From NCBI RefSeq assembly GCF_006345805.1, contig NC_043021.1, forward strand, positions 14,446,001 through 14,510,000: 64,000 nt of DNA, read 5' to 3'. A program made the position numbers and the translations under genes. This document shows, piece by piece, positions 48,633 to 61,057 of the stretch (its first letter is position 1; every line of letters begins with the position of its first letter). The notes beneath the pieces were generated by a model that had not been told where the DNA came from, did no database searches, and saw nothing but the letters and a program-made list of their open reading frames with translations. The stretch is from Octopus sinensis (taxonomy: Eukaryota).

Positions 48633-49789
48633 ACATATTTTAGAAACGTAACATTATGTAGCAGAATGAAATATTGTAATGATCGGGCAATTTGTTCATT
48701 GTGAGCCTTGCAGCTACAGTGAACTAGAAAAGTTTCAATATCTGATAGCAGATGTTATTGACAAGGGTCAGATTTCATTACAATATTAAAACATTTGCAG
48801 GTCTTTCACTTTCCTTGGCTAAAACCAAGTTCAACTAGTTTAAAAAGTGGCACCTTTTAGAATTATCATAAATAAGATATAGCAATTAGATTTGTCTGTG
48901 GCTCCCAAATGTCTCAATTTTTTAATATGTTCATATCATCTCTAAACGTGATACAGACAAAACTGTTGTGGAAAACCAATATTATACCATCTGAATCAAA
49001 GTTGCAAATTTTGTAGTTGGTAGTTTTATACAAGACAATCTCAAATTTAGAGGAAGTGACGCAAAAACAAATGTCTTTAAAGCATCAATGGCCATGTTAT
49101 TTCAGAAGCAGGGGAAGGTTCCTTTTATCATTATTATTTAAATTTTTTTAATTTTTCGAGATTTCTTTTAATTTGCTGGAGTATGTCGTGGATAATAATA
49201 CTGAATTGATTGTGAATCTGTGTAATAACTACCTGAATTACGATGAATGTCTGCAATCAGTCTGTTGTGGATGAGATGTGAGGACTTGAATTAACCACTG
49301 TGTGTGTGTGTGTAATTTTGATCAGAGATTAAATGAAAGCTGATTTATCTCTTACATATCATTGTCCATGATGTTTGGTGTTGACAGTGATGATGATTGT
49401 CGTGAATGTGACAGATTTTTTTGAAAGAATCAGAAATTATGGAATAAATTTGTAAAGGTCCCGGCAAATTTTTGTTGTCTTGTTCTTTTTTTTTTTTTTT
49501 TGATTTGTTTTGTTGTATTGATTGAAGGGAATTCATTTCCCCCCTTTGAAAACCAGAGAAATCTTCACCTGAAGTCAATACTAACCTAAACTTTTGTTTT
49601 GGTTTCAGGTGAAGACCACTCCTGGCTGTTTGACCACACGGTCTCAATATGGTTTCAGTTTTTATTTATTTATTTTTCTCACTCCACCTCACGAGCATGT
49701 CTTGGCTTGCATCCTGGCCCAGGGTGGTGTTCGACAAAGGTGTAATCTGATGTCATGTGATACTAGACTGCACCTTGACCTTGGCTTTT

Positions 49790-49905
49790 CTCTCTCTCTC
49801 TCTCCTCCTCCTCCTCCTCTCTCTCCTCCTCCTCTCTCTCTCCTCCTCCTCCTCTCTCTCCTCCTCTCTCTCCTCCTCTTTCTTCCTCCTTATCTCTTTT
49901 TCTCT
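49790..49905. repeat. (CT)n/(CCT)n polypyrimidine tract
   Basis: Direct inspection. Confidence 0.85.
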
Positions 49906-50911
49906 CCATTTGCACAATACTCAGAGCCATGCTACAAACTGGAGTTTTGCCTCTTAAACTGGCAATTTAATCAATACTGGAGCCAGGTATTGTTGTCATC
50001 ATTGCTGTTGCTGCTTAGACCCATAAACGTATGACCAAAGGTATTTTAACTGACCAATGTGTCATTTCCATTTTTAAGATGCTCAGGTGTGATTTGAGGG
50101 AAATGCAACTCCTAGCAGATCAAGCTCCCTCCATTCTACAGACTCTATCTCTCGCTTGTATGGCTTAAAAGTTGTATTGAAAATGTGATGATTAATCTGT
50201 TTTGAGCAAGATCTTACTACTATTTCTAACAAATCGAGTCCCCTCCCTGCCATAGTTTCTCTCTGGTTGTCTTGAAAATATGATGACCAAGGGGGGGTTA
50301 CTTCTGTTGGGAACAAGAAAGAAGCTAGTGAGAGTAGATTATCTCCCCTTAACAGAAGCTAGTTTACATAAAACATCAGCATGAGAATAACGTATGTAGA
50401 TCAGTGTTCTGCAAGCGGCATGCTGGGGTGCCACAGTGTAACCTGAATGTAATTTTTTTGTCCCCTATACTTTTACTTATATTTATTTCAAAATTCAGTG
50501 GCACACCTAAACTAAAAATATAAGTCTTGCAATTGAAAAAAAACCCAAAAGATTTGCAGAGCACTAATGCATGTGTGTTAGTTTCCCAACTGCTTGATAA
50601 CCAGTGTTGGCTTGTGACTTAGGGGTTACTGAGAAGAACGACTACTTTGGGAACTAATTATGTGTTACGGCTAGATTTTTATCTACCTGGCTGTGCGATA
50701 AGTAATTTGCTTCCCAACCACACTGTTCTGGGTTCAGTCCCACTATGTGGCACCTTGGGCAAGTGTCTTGTGAGTGGATTTGGTTGGCGGAAACTGAAAG
50801 AATCCTTTTGTGTGTGTTTGTGTTTGGCACCACCACAACTACTTGACAGTTGGAGTTGGTGTATTTACATCTCTGTAACTTAGTAGTTCAGCAAAAGAGA
50901 CTGATAGAATA

Positions 50912-51279
50912 GGATCTTTCCCTTTTGACCGACAGATTTAAAAAGTAATTTTCTTTAAGTTAACACTTTCAAACTTCGGACATTGGTAGAATATGTCATA
51001 AAATATCTTTTACTCTTAGCACTTTTGAGAAAAGTTATATTTGTCTTGCTGACAAATAACGGCAGTAATTTTATTCAGCTGAATACCCGTCATTGATTGT
51101 TTGAAATTACCAAAATATGAGAACTTTAGCGTGAAATAACTTCGTAAATATAAGTTTTTCTCAAAAGTGCTAAGAGTAAAAGATGTTTTATACGACACAT
51201 TCTACCAGTGTCCGAAGTTTGAAAGTGTTTAGTGAAAGAAAGTTATTTTTTAAATCTGTAGGTCAAAAGGTAAAGATCC
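50912..51279. mobile_element. GGATC...GATCC MITE inserted into an S2 SINE, 8-bp TSD
   Basis: TSD ATAGAATA at 50904-11 and 51280-87. Confidence 0.9.
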
Positions 51280-51430
51280 ATAGAATAAGTACTGGAGTGG
51301 ATTGGCAGAATTGTTAGAGCATTGGGAAAATTCTTTGTGGGACTTGTTTCTGTTCTTTACATTGAGTTCAAATCCCACTGAGGTCAACTTCTCTTTTCAC
51401 CTTTTCTAGGTCAAGTTGCAGCATATTTTA

Positions 51431-51721
51431 TCTTTATGTATAAAAGTGAAGTTGTGTGAGTGTCTGTCTCCTACGATTTAGATTCCTAACTACTCCCACA
51501 TTTTGCGGTGCAGTTAAACCAAAAGCGGGTATCTTATAGTCTTGATTCATATTGAGCCCTTCTGGGTATTAGTGCGCATCTACGATTTAAAAAAAAATTT
51601 ACCACCAATTTTCCACATTTTTAATGCAATTTTTGCTATTATATAAGGGAAGTAACTCTCTAAAAATGCTTATATAGTTATTTCCCTTAGAAACCCGAGC
51701 AACGCCGGGCAATACTGCTAG
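51431..51721 (+). mobile_element. Non-autonomous Helitron
   Basis: Starts A|TCtttatgtataaaag; ends with GC-rich hairpin cccgagcaacgccggg and ...CTAG|T. Confidence 0.8.
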
Positions 51722-51879
51722 TAATGAATAAAAGAATTATCAGTTTAGACTAGTATAAGGAAGGTGATGCCATCTGGTGTCTTTTTTTTTTTTTTTATTT
51801 TGGTTGTGTGGTTGCAATTGTGAACTCAATGAAAAAGGGTGCTTGTTGCTGCCAATAGCTGAACTGGAGGACAAAGGTT

Positions 51880-52290
51880 CGGCTCTCAAGTCCTTCTTGT
51901 CTTGCTTTACAGTTGTGAAACATACCCTGTCTGGGGCTCTTAGGAGCCACCTGAACCCCTCTGGTACCAAGATGCTTTGCAGGATTATGGGTTACCATTG
52001 GTTGGTTTTTGTATCTGACCAACAACTCTACTCCGAAACTGACATGCGTCTGGTTACTTGTATGATTTGAGAGTGTCAGCTCAGACTGTTTGGTCATGCT
52101 TGGATATTTTTTTCCTTTTTCCGAGCTGGATCGTGGGTACCATGTTTTTCTTTGAGGATCCAGCTGGTGGGTGATGGTTTGTGTTAGTTGACAACATGCC
52201 ACCGCAGAAATGGAGGACTGCCTGGGATGACCTGAGCAGATACTGACAAATGGTGGATGCTGCAACGGCGCATTCCTTTACACCTGACCT
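51880..52290 (+). mobile_element. Decayed RTE LINE 3' fragment
   Basis: GTKMLCRIMGYHW..VSDQQLYSETDMRLVTCMI*ECQLRLFGHA. Confidence 0.7.
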
Positions 52291-52364
52291 GGAGGGAAGG
52301 AGGAGGGCAGGGTCCTCAAACCAGAGGTCTGGCCCCCAAATAGCTGTAGCAGATTGGACTTTAA

Positions 52365-52583
52365 CCCTTTAGTGTTCGCATTATTCTGCCAAAATTAATC
52401 CTTTTTTATCCACATTGTTTTGAACTAATCATGCATTATCTTGTAACTGAAAATTTGATGAGGTAGCTGTTAATTTTTAAAACGATATTGTAGGGCTTGT
52501 GTGAGAGACCAGATCTGGCCAGTTTGAACATAAAACAGGCAGAATACTTTTGGCCGGATATGGCCAGTTTAAATGCTAAAGGG
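52365..52583. mobile_element. piggyBac MITE B followed directly by a mariner-derived MITE body
   Basis: TTAA-bounded; downstream gggtattgtgaaag...ggcttagaaaaactgaaggacctctgcaataagtgtgtgaat (GLEKLKDLCNKCVN, mariner C-terminus-like). Confidence 0.8.
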
Positions 52584-53132
52584 TTAAGGGTATTGTGAAA
52601 GAATTGGTTGGAGGCCCAACCTTCTGAGTTCCTTTACAGGGCTTAGAAAAACTGAAGGACCTCTGCAATAAGTGTGTGAATCCGAGGGGGGAATATGAAT
52701 ATGAATACTAAAGGGTTAAGGGCACTCAAAGACCAGGTAGTGATGCAAAACCAACCTCTCCCCAGTAGGGTTTGAACTTACAAAAACAAATACTGCAAGG
52801 TATCACATCTGAATCTAACATTTCTGCCAGTCCATATAACTTAATAAAAGGTTATTTGTAAAAATTTATGATAGAATGTAACATTTTTGCTTCCCGTTGG
52901 AGACACCCCCAGGCTATATTCTTGATATTCCATGGAATTCACCACCAATTTGCGATAGTGATATTTTTTGTCTGAAGTCTCACATTACTGTAATTCAAAC
53001 CACATTATCCAAATTTTAGGAATTCTACAGAACTTGGATATGAAAAGAGTATAGAATTTCTGTCGTTTCTTTCATTGGAATGCTGTCCTCCATAAAATAA
53101 TTTCTGTGAAAAAGAAGCAATTAATGCTTATA

Positions 53133-53354
53133 CAAGGTGTTCAAAAAGTCTCTCCGCAGTGAATTTTTTCATCCTGACTCTCCAAGATGCATTTCAAAAC
53201 ATGTGTAGAAGAGTCAACTTATGTATTGAAAATGAAGGACAACACCTCTTATAAAGTTTTTTAAAGTCTAATGTATTCTTTTGTAGTCTTATGCTATCTT
53301 AAAAATTATTTTGCTATAAAATACTTACTGCGGAGAGACCTATTGAACACCCTG
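53133..53354. mobile_element. Tc1/mariner-derived MITE
   Basis: TA-caaggtgttcaaaaagtctctccgcagt ... actgcggagagacctattgaacaccctg; internal RVNLCIENEGQHL remnant. Confidence 0.75.
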
Positions 53355-54569
53355 TTTAATATAATCTGACACGTAAGTGCTGGTGTGGTAAGAAGTTTGC
53401 GTCCTAGCTGTTTGGCTCTGGGTTCTAGTCTCACTGCATGGCACCTGGGGCAAGTGTGTTTTACTATATTTTCAGGCCGACCAAAGCCTTGAGTAGATTT
53501 GGTAGACAGAAACTGAGAGGTGTGGGTATGTTTATTGTTCTGTGTCACCGCTTGAGAACCAGTGTTGGTTTGTTTCCTTCCCCATAACTTAGGTTTGGCA
53601 AACAAGACTGATAGAGTAAGTACCAGGCTTAAAGAAAAAAAAATATTGGGGTTAATTAGTTTGACTAAAAATTCAAGGTCATGTGCCATCATGGCTCCAG
53701 TCTAACCAAGGTGTCACACAGTGGGACCGAATCCAGAACCATGTGGTTGGTAAGCAAGCTACTTACCACACAGCCACTCTTAATATATATGCGTGTGTGT
53801 CTGCATCTGTGTTTGTCCCCCCATCATCACTGGACTACCTGTGTTGGTGTGTTTACATCCCCTTTAACTTAGCAGCTCAGCAAAAGAAACCACAGAATTA
53901 AGTACCAGGCTAAAAAGAAATGATAGTAAGTAATGGGGGTTGATTCATTCAACTAAGTGTTTGTCAAAGCAGTGCTCCAGCATGACCGCAATCTAGTGGC
54001 TGAAGCAAATAAAAAGATGGAGAAGATAAAAAAAATATGTATGTGGCACGTAAAAAGCAGCATCTGAACATGGCCGATGCCAGTGCCGCCTTCATTGGCT
54101 CCCATGCCAGTGGCACGTAAGAAGCACCGTCTGATTATGGTCAGTGCCTGGCCCCTGTGCCGGTGGCATGTAAAAAAAAGCACCCACCAACACTCTCAGA
54201 GTGGTTGGCGTTAGGAAGGGCATCCAGCTGTAGAAACACTGCCAGATGAGACTGGAGCCTGGTGCAGTACGGAAAACGGATGTTAAACGATGATGTGCAC
54301 TTGTGGTGGTGCCACATAAAATGCATTTGTGCCACTGCCATATAAAATGCCCTCTGCTGATGGCACATAAAAAGCACCCATGCTGGTGGCACATAAAATG
54401 CACCCAGCACACTCTAAAGTGGTTGGCATTAGGAAGGGCATCCAGCCCTAGAAACCATGCCACAACAGACAGTTGGAGCCTGGACAGCTGTCCGGTTTAC
54501 CATCTCCTGTCAAACTGTCCAACCCAAAGTTGGAGATATAATTCATAACCTCCTCTGAAATATTTAGGC

Positions 54570-55745
54570 AGAGGCATGACTGTTTGGTAAGAAGTTTGCT
54601 TCCCAACCGCATGGTTCTGGGTTCAATACCACTGCATGACACCTTAGGCAAGTATCTTCTACTATGACTCAAGCTGACCAAAACCTTGTGAGTGGATTTG
54701 GGAATTGTTAGATGGAACTGAAAGAAGCCTATTTGTGTGTGTTTGTGATTGTCCCCCACCACTGCTTGACAACCCATGTTGGTGTGTTTATGTCCCCATA
54801 CTTTTGCAGTTTGGCAAAAAAGACCAATTGAATAAGTACCAGGCTTAAAAAAAAAGAAATAAGTATTGAAGTTGATTCCTTTGACTGTGGTAAGTAGCTT
54901 GCTTATCAACCACATGGTTCCAGGTTCAGTCCCACTGCGTGACACCTTGGGCAAGTGTCTTCTACTATAGCCTCGGGCCAACCAAAGCTTTGTGAGTGGA
55001 TTTGGTAGAGGGAAACTAAAAGAAGCCCATCATATATATATATACATGCATGTGTCCCCGCCCCTTACATCGCTTGACAACTGATCCTGGTGTGTTTACG
55101 TCACCGTAACTTAGCAGTTTGGCAAAAAAGACCGATAGAATAAGCACTAGGCTTACAAAGAATAAATCCTGGGGTCGATTTGCTCGACTGAAGGCGGTGC
55201 TCCAGCATGGCCGCAGTCAAAATGACTGTAACAAGTAAAAGGGTAAAGGTGGTGCCCCAGCATGGCAACAGTCTAATGACTGAACCAAGCAAAAGTAAAA
55301 GCTAATTAAAACACGGTGTGTAATTTCTTTTTAGAAATTGAGTCATATAAAAAATTTGGGTTTTATTTTATATTTAGGTGCAGGAGTGGCTGTGTGGTAA
55401 GAAACTTGCTTCCCAACCACATGGTTCTGGGTTCAGTTCCACTGCATGATACCTTAGGCAAGTGTCTTCTACTATAGCCTCAGGCCAACTAATGTCTTAC
55501 GAGTGGATTTGGTAGACAGAAACTGAAAGAAGCCCCTCCTCTGTGTGTGTGTGTCTGTTGTCCTCCTCCACCACCTCTTCACGACTGGTGTTGGTGCATT
55601 TACACCCCCATAACTTAGTGGTTTGGCAAATGAGATTGATAAAATAAGTACCAGGCTTAAAATTAAGTCGCAGGGGTCAATTTATTCAACTAAAAATTCC
55701 TCAAGGCAGTGCCCCAGCATGGCCACAGTCTGAAACAAGTAAAAA
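54570..55745 (+). mobile_element. Cluster of three tandem-oriented S2 SINEs
   Basis: Heads at ~54575, ~54885 and ~55378. Confidence 0.75.
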
Positions 55746-55823
55746 AAAAAAAAAAGGATAAAATTTATTGCCTTTATTATTTTCTTCATTCCTATATTAA
55801 TTTTATCTCCCATTTCTTTCCAG

Positions 55824-58210
55824 AAGGCACCCAACCTGTGGAGAATGTTGCAGAATTTGAGCTGCGAGAACGTGCTTTAATTCATGGTTACAATGCCGAG
55901 ATAGCAAAGTACAAGCTATTGGTTCGGAAACTTCGTCAAGAACTTGGCTTTCGCAACACCAGTCACCTCTCACCAAATAAAAGCCTACGTCCCGAACTCA
56001 GCAGTTGTCTAGAACATAATGAGCTGAAGCAGTATTTACTGCGTCAGGTAAAGAAACTTCAAGACGAACTGGACAAAAACTCTCAGTGTGTGTCTGAGTT
56101 GCTTCATGAACTCGAAGTTAAGAAGGCTGCAGAGACGGATTTAGAAGAGAGGTTAGAGAAAGAAGCGAAGGGACACCAGCAGGCCAAAGCTGCTGTGTCT
56201 GAGATGAGAGAGAAGCTGAAGAAATTGAATGAAAGATGTCGTTCGTCGTCCTTCGAGGCAGAAAAAACTTATTTAACAATCAACAGTGAGATGTTTGACA
56301 GTGGAGATTGTGTTCTGTCTTGCAAAGAGAACAAAGATGAGGAATTTGCTTTGGGTGTTAAGAAATCTGATGAAAACCAGTCTGAGCATAGTGATGGGAA
56401 CAAGGAGGCAAGGAATAAAATAGTCAAGACGAAGAAAGAGAGTCCTCTTTTGAGCATCGAGAATCAAAATGACACGAAACTGTCTGTGTTTGATAATCAT
56501 AACTTGAAGGATAAAATAATTAATAAGAATAAGGAAATCTTGAAATTACAAGAGACACTGCTTTCATATTCAGAACTGGACTCCAAATATCAAAAGAAAA
56601 TCAAAGAAAATGAGGAACTTTTATGCAAAGTTCAAAAGCATGGAACTCTCGAACGTGATCTTAAAAAGAAAGTGAAAAATTTAGAAGCAAAAGTAGAAAA
56701 GATAGTGGTGTTTGAAGTTGAGATAGAGAGCCAAGTTGCCATCATTAAACACCTTCAATCAGCGGTGGATGAGAAATCTAAATTATTGTCTGATCTTCAG
56801 AGTCAGAATGGTGGAGAAAGTCCCATGTTGAAACGGAAGATGGAAGAGATGCAAACTGTGATGGAAGGTTTGCGTGAAATGGTCGATGACAGCACAAAAG
56901 AACTGGCCAAAAATAATGAGAAAATCAGTGATTTGGAAAACAAAGAAAAGATGGTGTCTTCTCTTCAGACAGAATTGGAAACCTTGAAATCTTGTCAGAG
57001 TAGTTTGAAGTCTGAGGCTAAGATTAAGTCTGATTCTCTTCAGAGTAAACTTGATGAGTTGCAATCTGAGAAAGACAAGGTCTGCAAAGAAAAAGATTGT
57101 TTAGAGAATGAAGTGATTCAGTTGAAAGAGCTTGTTGAGAAGAAAACAGAAGAAATGTCTAGTTTGAGAACAGAGCTGAAAGCCAAAGACATTGAGAGTG
57201 AGAAAGAAAATGTATTGGTTATCAATAACTTGAAGAATACATTACACAATGCAGTAAGTGAACGGGAAGGTGTGGTGCAGGAATTGGCAGAAGCTAAAGA
57301 GAAACTGTTGGGAAAAGATGAAGAAATCTGCCAAATGTCCAAAAAGATTGAGGAATATGAGAAAAAATTAGAAGACTCAAAGACTGAATTGGAAGCTGTT
57401 CAGGAAAAGAAAAGTATTGAAAGTGATGCTCTGAATGATATAATTAACGAGATGAACAACAAAATAGCTAGCATGAACCTACTGAAGGAAAAACTTCAGA
57501 AAGAAATAGTGAATGTTGCGGAACATTTGAAATCTTTGAAAACGGAACTGGCTACAGTTCGTCAACTGAAATTAGACATGGATGACAATGTGAAGAGCTA
57601 TATGGCAGATCTGAAGTCTAACCTGAGTGAAATTACTGGTCTTACTACTGCTGCTGCTGCTGCTCACTGTGATAAGTCGATGTTGACCGATTTGGAGATG
57701 CTGCCTGAAAAGAAGGAAATTGAATCTCTGAATTTGAAGATAGTTGACTTGGAGAAAGATCTGGAAGACAATGTTCATGTGAGAGAAAATTTTATGATTG
57801 AAATTTCCTGCCTTGTGGCATCATTGAAAAATAAAGACCAACAAATAGAAAATTTAACCAAAGACAAAATCCAGGCATCTGAGGAAGAATCTTCAGAGAA
57901 GAAAGTAAATCTTGAAAGTGATGTTGGATCTGAACACACAAGGAATCGATTGTCCAGTGAGAAATCCGATGATCTGAGTTCATCATCATCATCATCAGGT
58001 GAGAAACAGCACCACCAGGTGTCACCACCAAAGAAACCAGCCCGTCAGTCGGCACCAACGAAGCCAAGAAGACAGTCATTATGTAAGAAACAAGATGGAG
58101 ACACACAGACTTCTCCTGAGAAGCAGGACAGGGTTAAACAGACAACTCCTGAGATGCAAGTCGGATCCACGCAGACGTCTCCTGAGAAGCAGGAGAGACT
58201 TTCAAATATG
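55824..58210 (+). CDS. 2387-nt coiled-coil exon (probably the long KIF20B-like isoform of the kinesin-6 gene)
   Basis: catttctttccag| ... ATG|gtatgt; 795 uninterrupted K/E/L-rich heptad codons; phase 1 to 0. The linkage to the motor exons is inference. Confidence 0.85.
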
Positions 58211-58245
58211 GTATGTAGAAAAATTTATTGAGTTAGTAGTCTTAA

Positions 58246-58848
58246 CCCTTTAGCGTTCAAATTAATATGTCATAAATGTGGAGGCGCAATGGCCCAGTGG
58301 TTAGGGCAGCGGACTCGCGGTTTCGATTCCCAGACTGGGCGTTGTGAGTGTTTATTGAGCGGAAACACCTAAAAGCTCCACGAGGCTCCGGCAGTGGATG
58401 GTGGTAATCCCTGCTGTACTCTTTCACCACAACTTTCTCTCACTCTTACTTCCTGTTTCTGTTGTACCTGTATTTCAAGGGGCCGGCCTTGTCACTCTCT
58501 GTGTCATGCTGAATATCCCCGAGAACTACGTTAAGGGTGCACGTGTCTGTGGAGTGCTCAGCCACTTACACGTTAATTTCACGAGCAGGCTGTTCCGTTG
58601 ATTCGGATCAACCGGAACCCTCATCGTCGTAACCGACGGAGTGCTTCATATGTCATAAGTAATCCTTTTGCATTTACATATTTAAAGATTAATCTGGTAT
58701 TATCTTGTAGCTTCAAGATTTGAAAGATGTAATTGTTTATTTTTAGAATGACATTGCAGGGTCGGTGTGAGATACTGGTTCTGGCCAGTTTGAGCATAAA
58801 ATGAGTAGAATATTCAGGCCAGATATAGCCGGTTTAAACACTAAAGGG
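58246..58848. mobile_element. piggyBac MITE B interrupted by an S4 SINE
   Basis: TTAA at 58242-45 and 58849-52. Confidence 0.85.
58276..58647 (+). mobile_element. S4 tRNA-derived SINE with 11-bp TSD
   Basis: TSD ATATGTCATAA at 58265-75 and 58648-58. Confidence 0.9.
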
Positions 58849-59962
58849 TTAAAGAAATTCCTCAGTTCATCTGTATTGTTACTGCGTTCTTTTATTATTA
58901 TAGTCAAGGGTTCAATCCTATTGTGTAGCACTCTGGAGTCTTTTGCTCTAGCCCCAGGGGTTGACCAAAGCCTTGTGAGTGGGTTTGGTTGAAAGAATCC
59001 CATCACACACAAGCATGTACATGTGTACAGTTGCTCAACCTGCTACAAATAGCAGCCAAATTGTTCTATCTTATAAAAAGATACCTTTAAAAATGTCATT
59101 TTGGATATCCGTCCGTCTGTCCGTCTGTCCGTCCGTCCGTCCATCCGTCCATCCTCTATCCATCTATCTATCTTGCTAGCTAGCTAGCTATGCACCTGTC
59201 TGTCTGTAGCAAAGATGCTGCGTGTGAGTGACAAAACCACTTTGAGCATAATCCTGTAAATCAAAAAAAGAGAGAGATAGCACTTTGCTCTCATGTGTTT
59301 ATTCCCTCCCTGCCTAAGGTTACCATGGTCTTTCCCGTAGGCTTTTCTTTCCACGGATAAACCTAATCTTACTTTTTACATTTTTAGAACTCTTCAATAT
59401 ATATAGATGACCAATAGAATAAGTATTAGGCTTACAAAGAATAAGTCTTGGGGTTGATTTGTTCGACTAAATGCAGTGCTCCAGCATGGCTGCAGTCACA
59501 TGATTGAAACTAATAAAAGAATAAAAGCAGGCGTGGCTGTGTGGTAAGTAGCTTGCTTCCCAACCACATGGTTCTGGGTTCATTCCCACTGTGTGGCACC
59601 TTGGGCAGGTGTCTTCTACTATAGCCTCAGGCCGACCAAAGCCTTGTGAGTGGATTTGGTAGATGGAAACTGAAAGAAGCCCATCGTATATATATATATA
59701 TGTGTGTGTTTATATGTGTGTGTTGGTCCCCACCACCATCACTTGACAAGCAATGCTGGTGTGTTTATGTCCTAGGGTCAATTTGTTCGACTAAAGGTGA
59801 TGCTCCAGCATGACCACAGTCAAATGACTGAAACAAGTAAAAGAATAGCAATATATAGAATAAATGAAAAATATATTGGCTTTTCTCATGTTCCTTTATA
59901 TTTTATTTTTTATTTTATTTTATTTTTATTTTTATTTATATTTTTTGTTCTTTATCAAAAAG

Positions 59963-60398
59963 ACAAAGAAAGCAAAACAAGAAGAAAATGAAGAAACTAT
60001 GCAGATGGATGAAACCAATTCAGAGAACTTTGGTGACAAGCATCATGTGAACTTGATGAAACAAGAGCTGGGATCGATGGCGTCAAAACTGGAGTCTTTG
60101 CAGAAGTTCTACGACGACGAGAAATCCTTAAACGATGAAGTTAAGTCTGAACTGAATGATGTCAAGGTGAAGCTGTCCGAAGTGAAAGCTTCATACGAGG
60201 CCGAGAAATCTGTGACTCACCGGCTTCGTTATGATCTAAATGATGTGAGGAGCAGCTTGAACGAGGTGCTTGAATCATACGAGCAGTTGAACCTATCCCG
60301 GAGCGTAGTGCTTGGCGATGATCAACCTGAGGTTAATGAACAGACAATAAAGTCGTTACTTAACGAGCTTACCCTGCCACAGCAGGACATCATCAACG
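59963..60398 (+). CDS. Coiled-coil exon following the large exon
   Basis: T-rich tract then aag| TKKAKQEENEE...LESLQKFYDDEKSL...QDIIN G|gtaagt; phase 0 to 1. Confidence 0.8.
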
Positions 60399-60456
60399 GT
60401 AAGTATGTCGTTTGTGTTTTTTTTTCTGTCATCAAGCGTGGCTGTGTGATAAGAAG

Positions 60457-61057
60457 GCGGTGAGCTGGCAGAAACATTAGCACGCCAGGCGAAATGCTTA
60501 GCGGCATTTCATCTGCCGTTACGTTCTGAGTTCAAATTCCGCCGAAGTCGACTTTGCCTTTCATCCTTTCGGGGTCGATAAATTAAGTACCAGTTATGCA
60601 CTGGGGTCGATCTCATTGACTTAATCCCTTTGTCTGTCCTTGTTTGTCCCCTCTGTGTTTGGCCCCTTGTGGGTAGTAAAGAAATAGGTATTTCATCTGC
60701 CGTTACATTCTGAGTTCAAATTCTGCCGAAGTCGACTTTGCCTTTCATCCTTTCGGGATCAATAAATTAAGTACGGGTTATGCACTGGGGTCGATGTCAT
60801 CGACTTAATCCCTTTGTCTGTCCTTGTTTGTCCCCTCTGTGTTTGGCCCCTTGTGGGTAGTAAAGAAATAGGTATTTCATCTGCCATTACACGTTCTGAG
60901 TTCAAATTCTGCCGAAGTCGACTTTGCCTTTCATCCTTTCGGGATCGATAAATTAAGTACGAGTTATGCACTGGGGTCGATGTCATCGACTTAATCCCTT
61001 TGTCTGTGCTTGTTTGTCCCCTCTATGTTTATCCCCTTGTGGGTAATAAAGAAATAA
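60457..61057 (+). mobile_element. S1 SINE trimer (one head plus three ~183-bp bodies)
   Basis: Junctions aaagaaata|ggtatttcatctgcc at ~60686 and ~60870. Confidence 0.9.

Noticed and set aside
49594-50034. 146-aa ORF
   Set aside because: Largely encoded by a (CT/CCT)n tract; no domain features.
56269-58106. Minus-strand ORFs within the large exon (also 48056-48511 and 63531-63875)
   Set aside because: Antisense shadows of strongly biased coding sequence.
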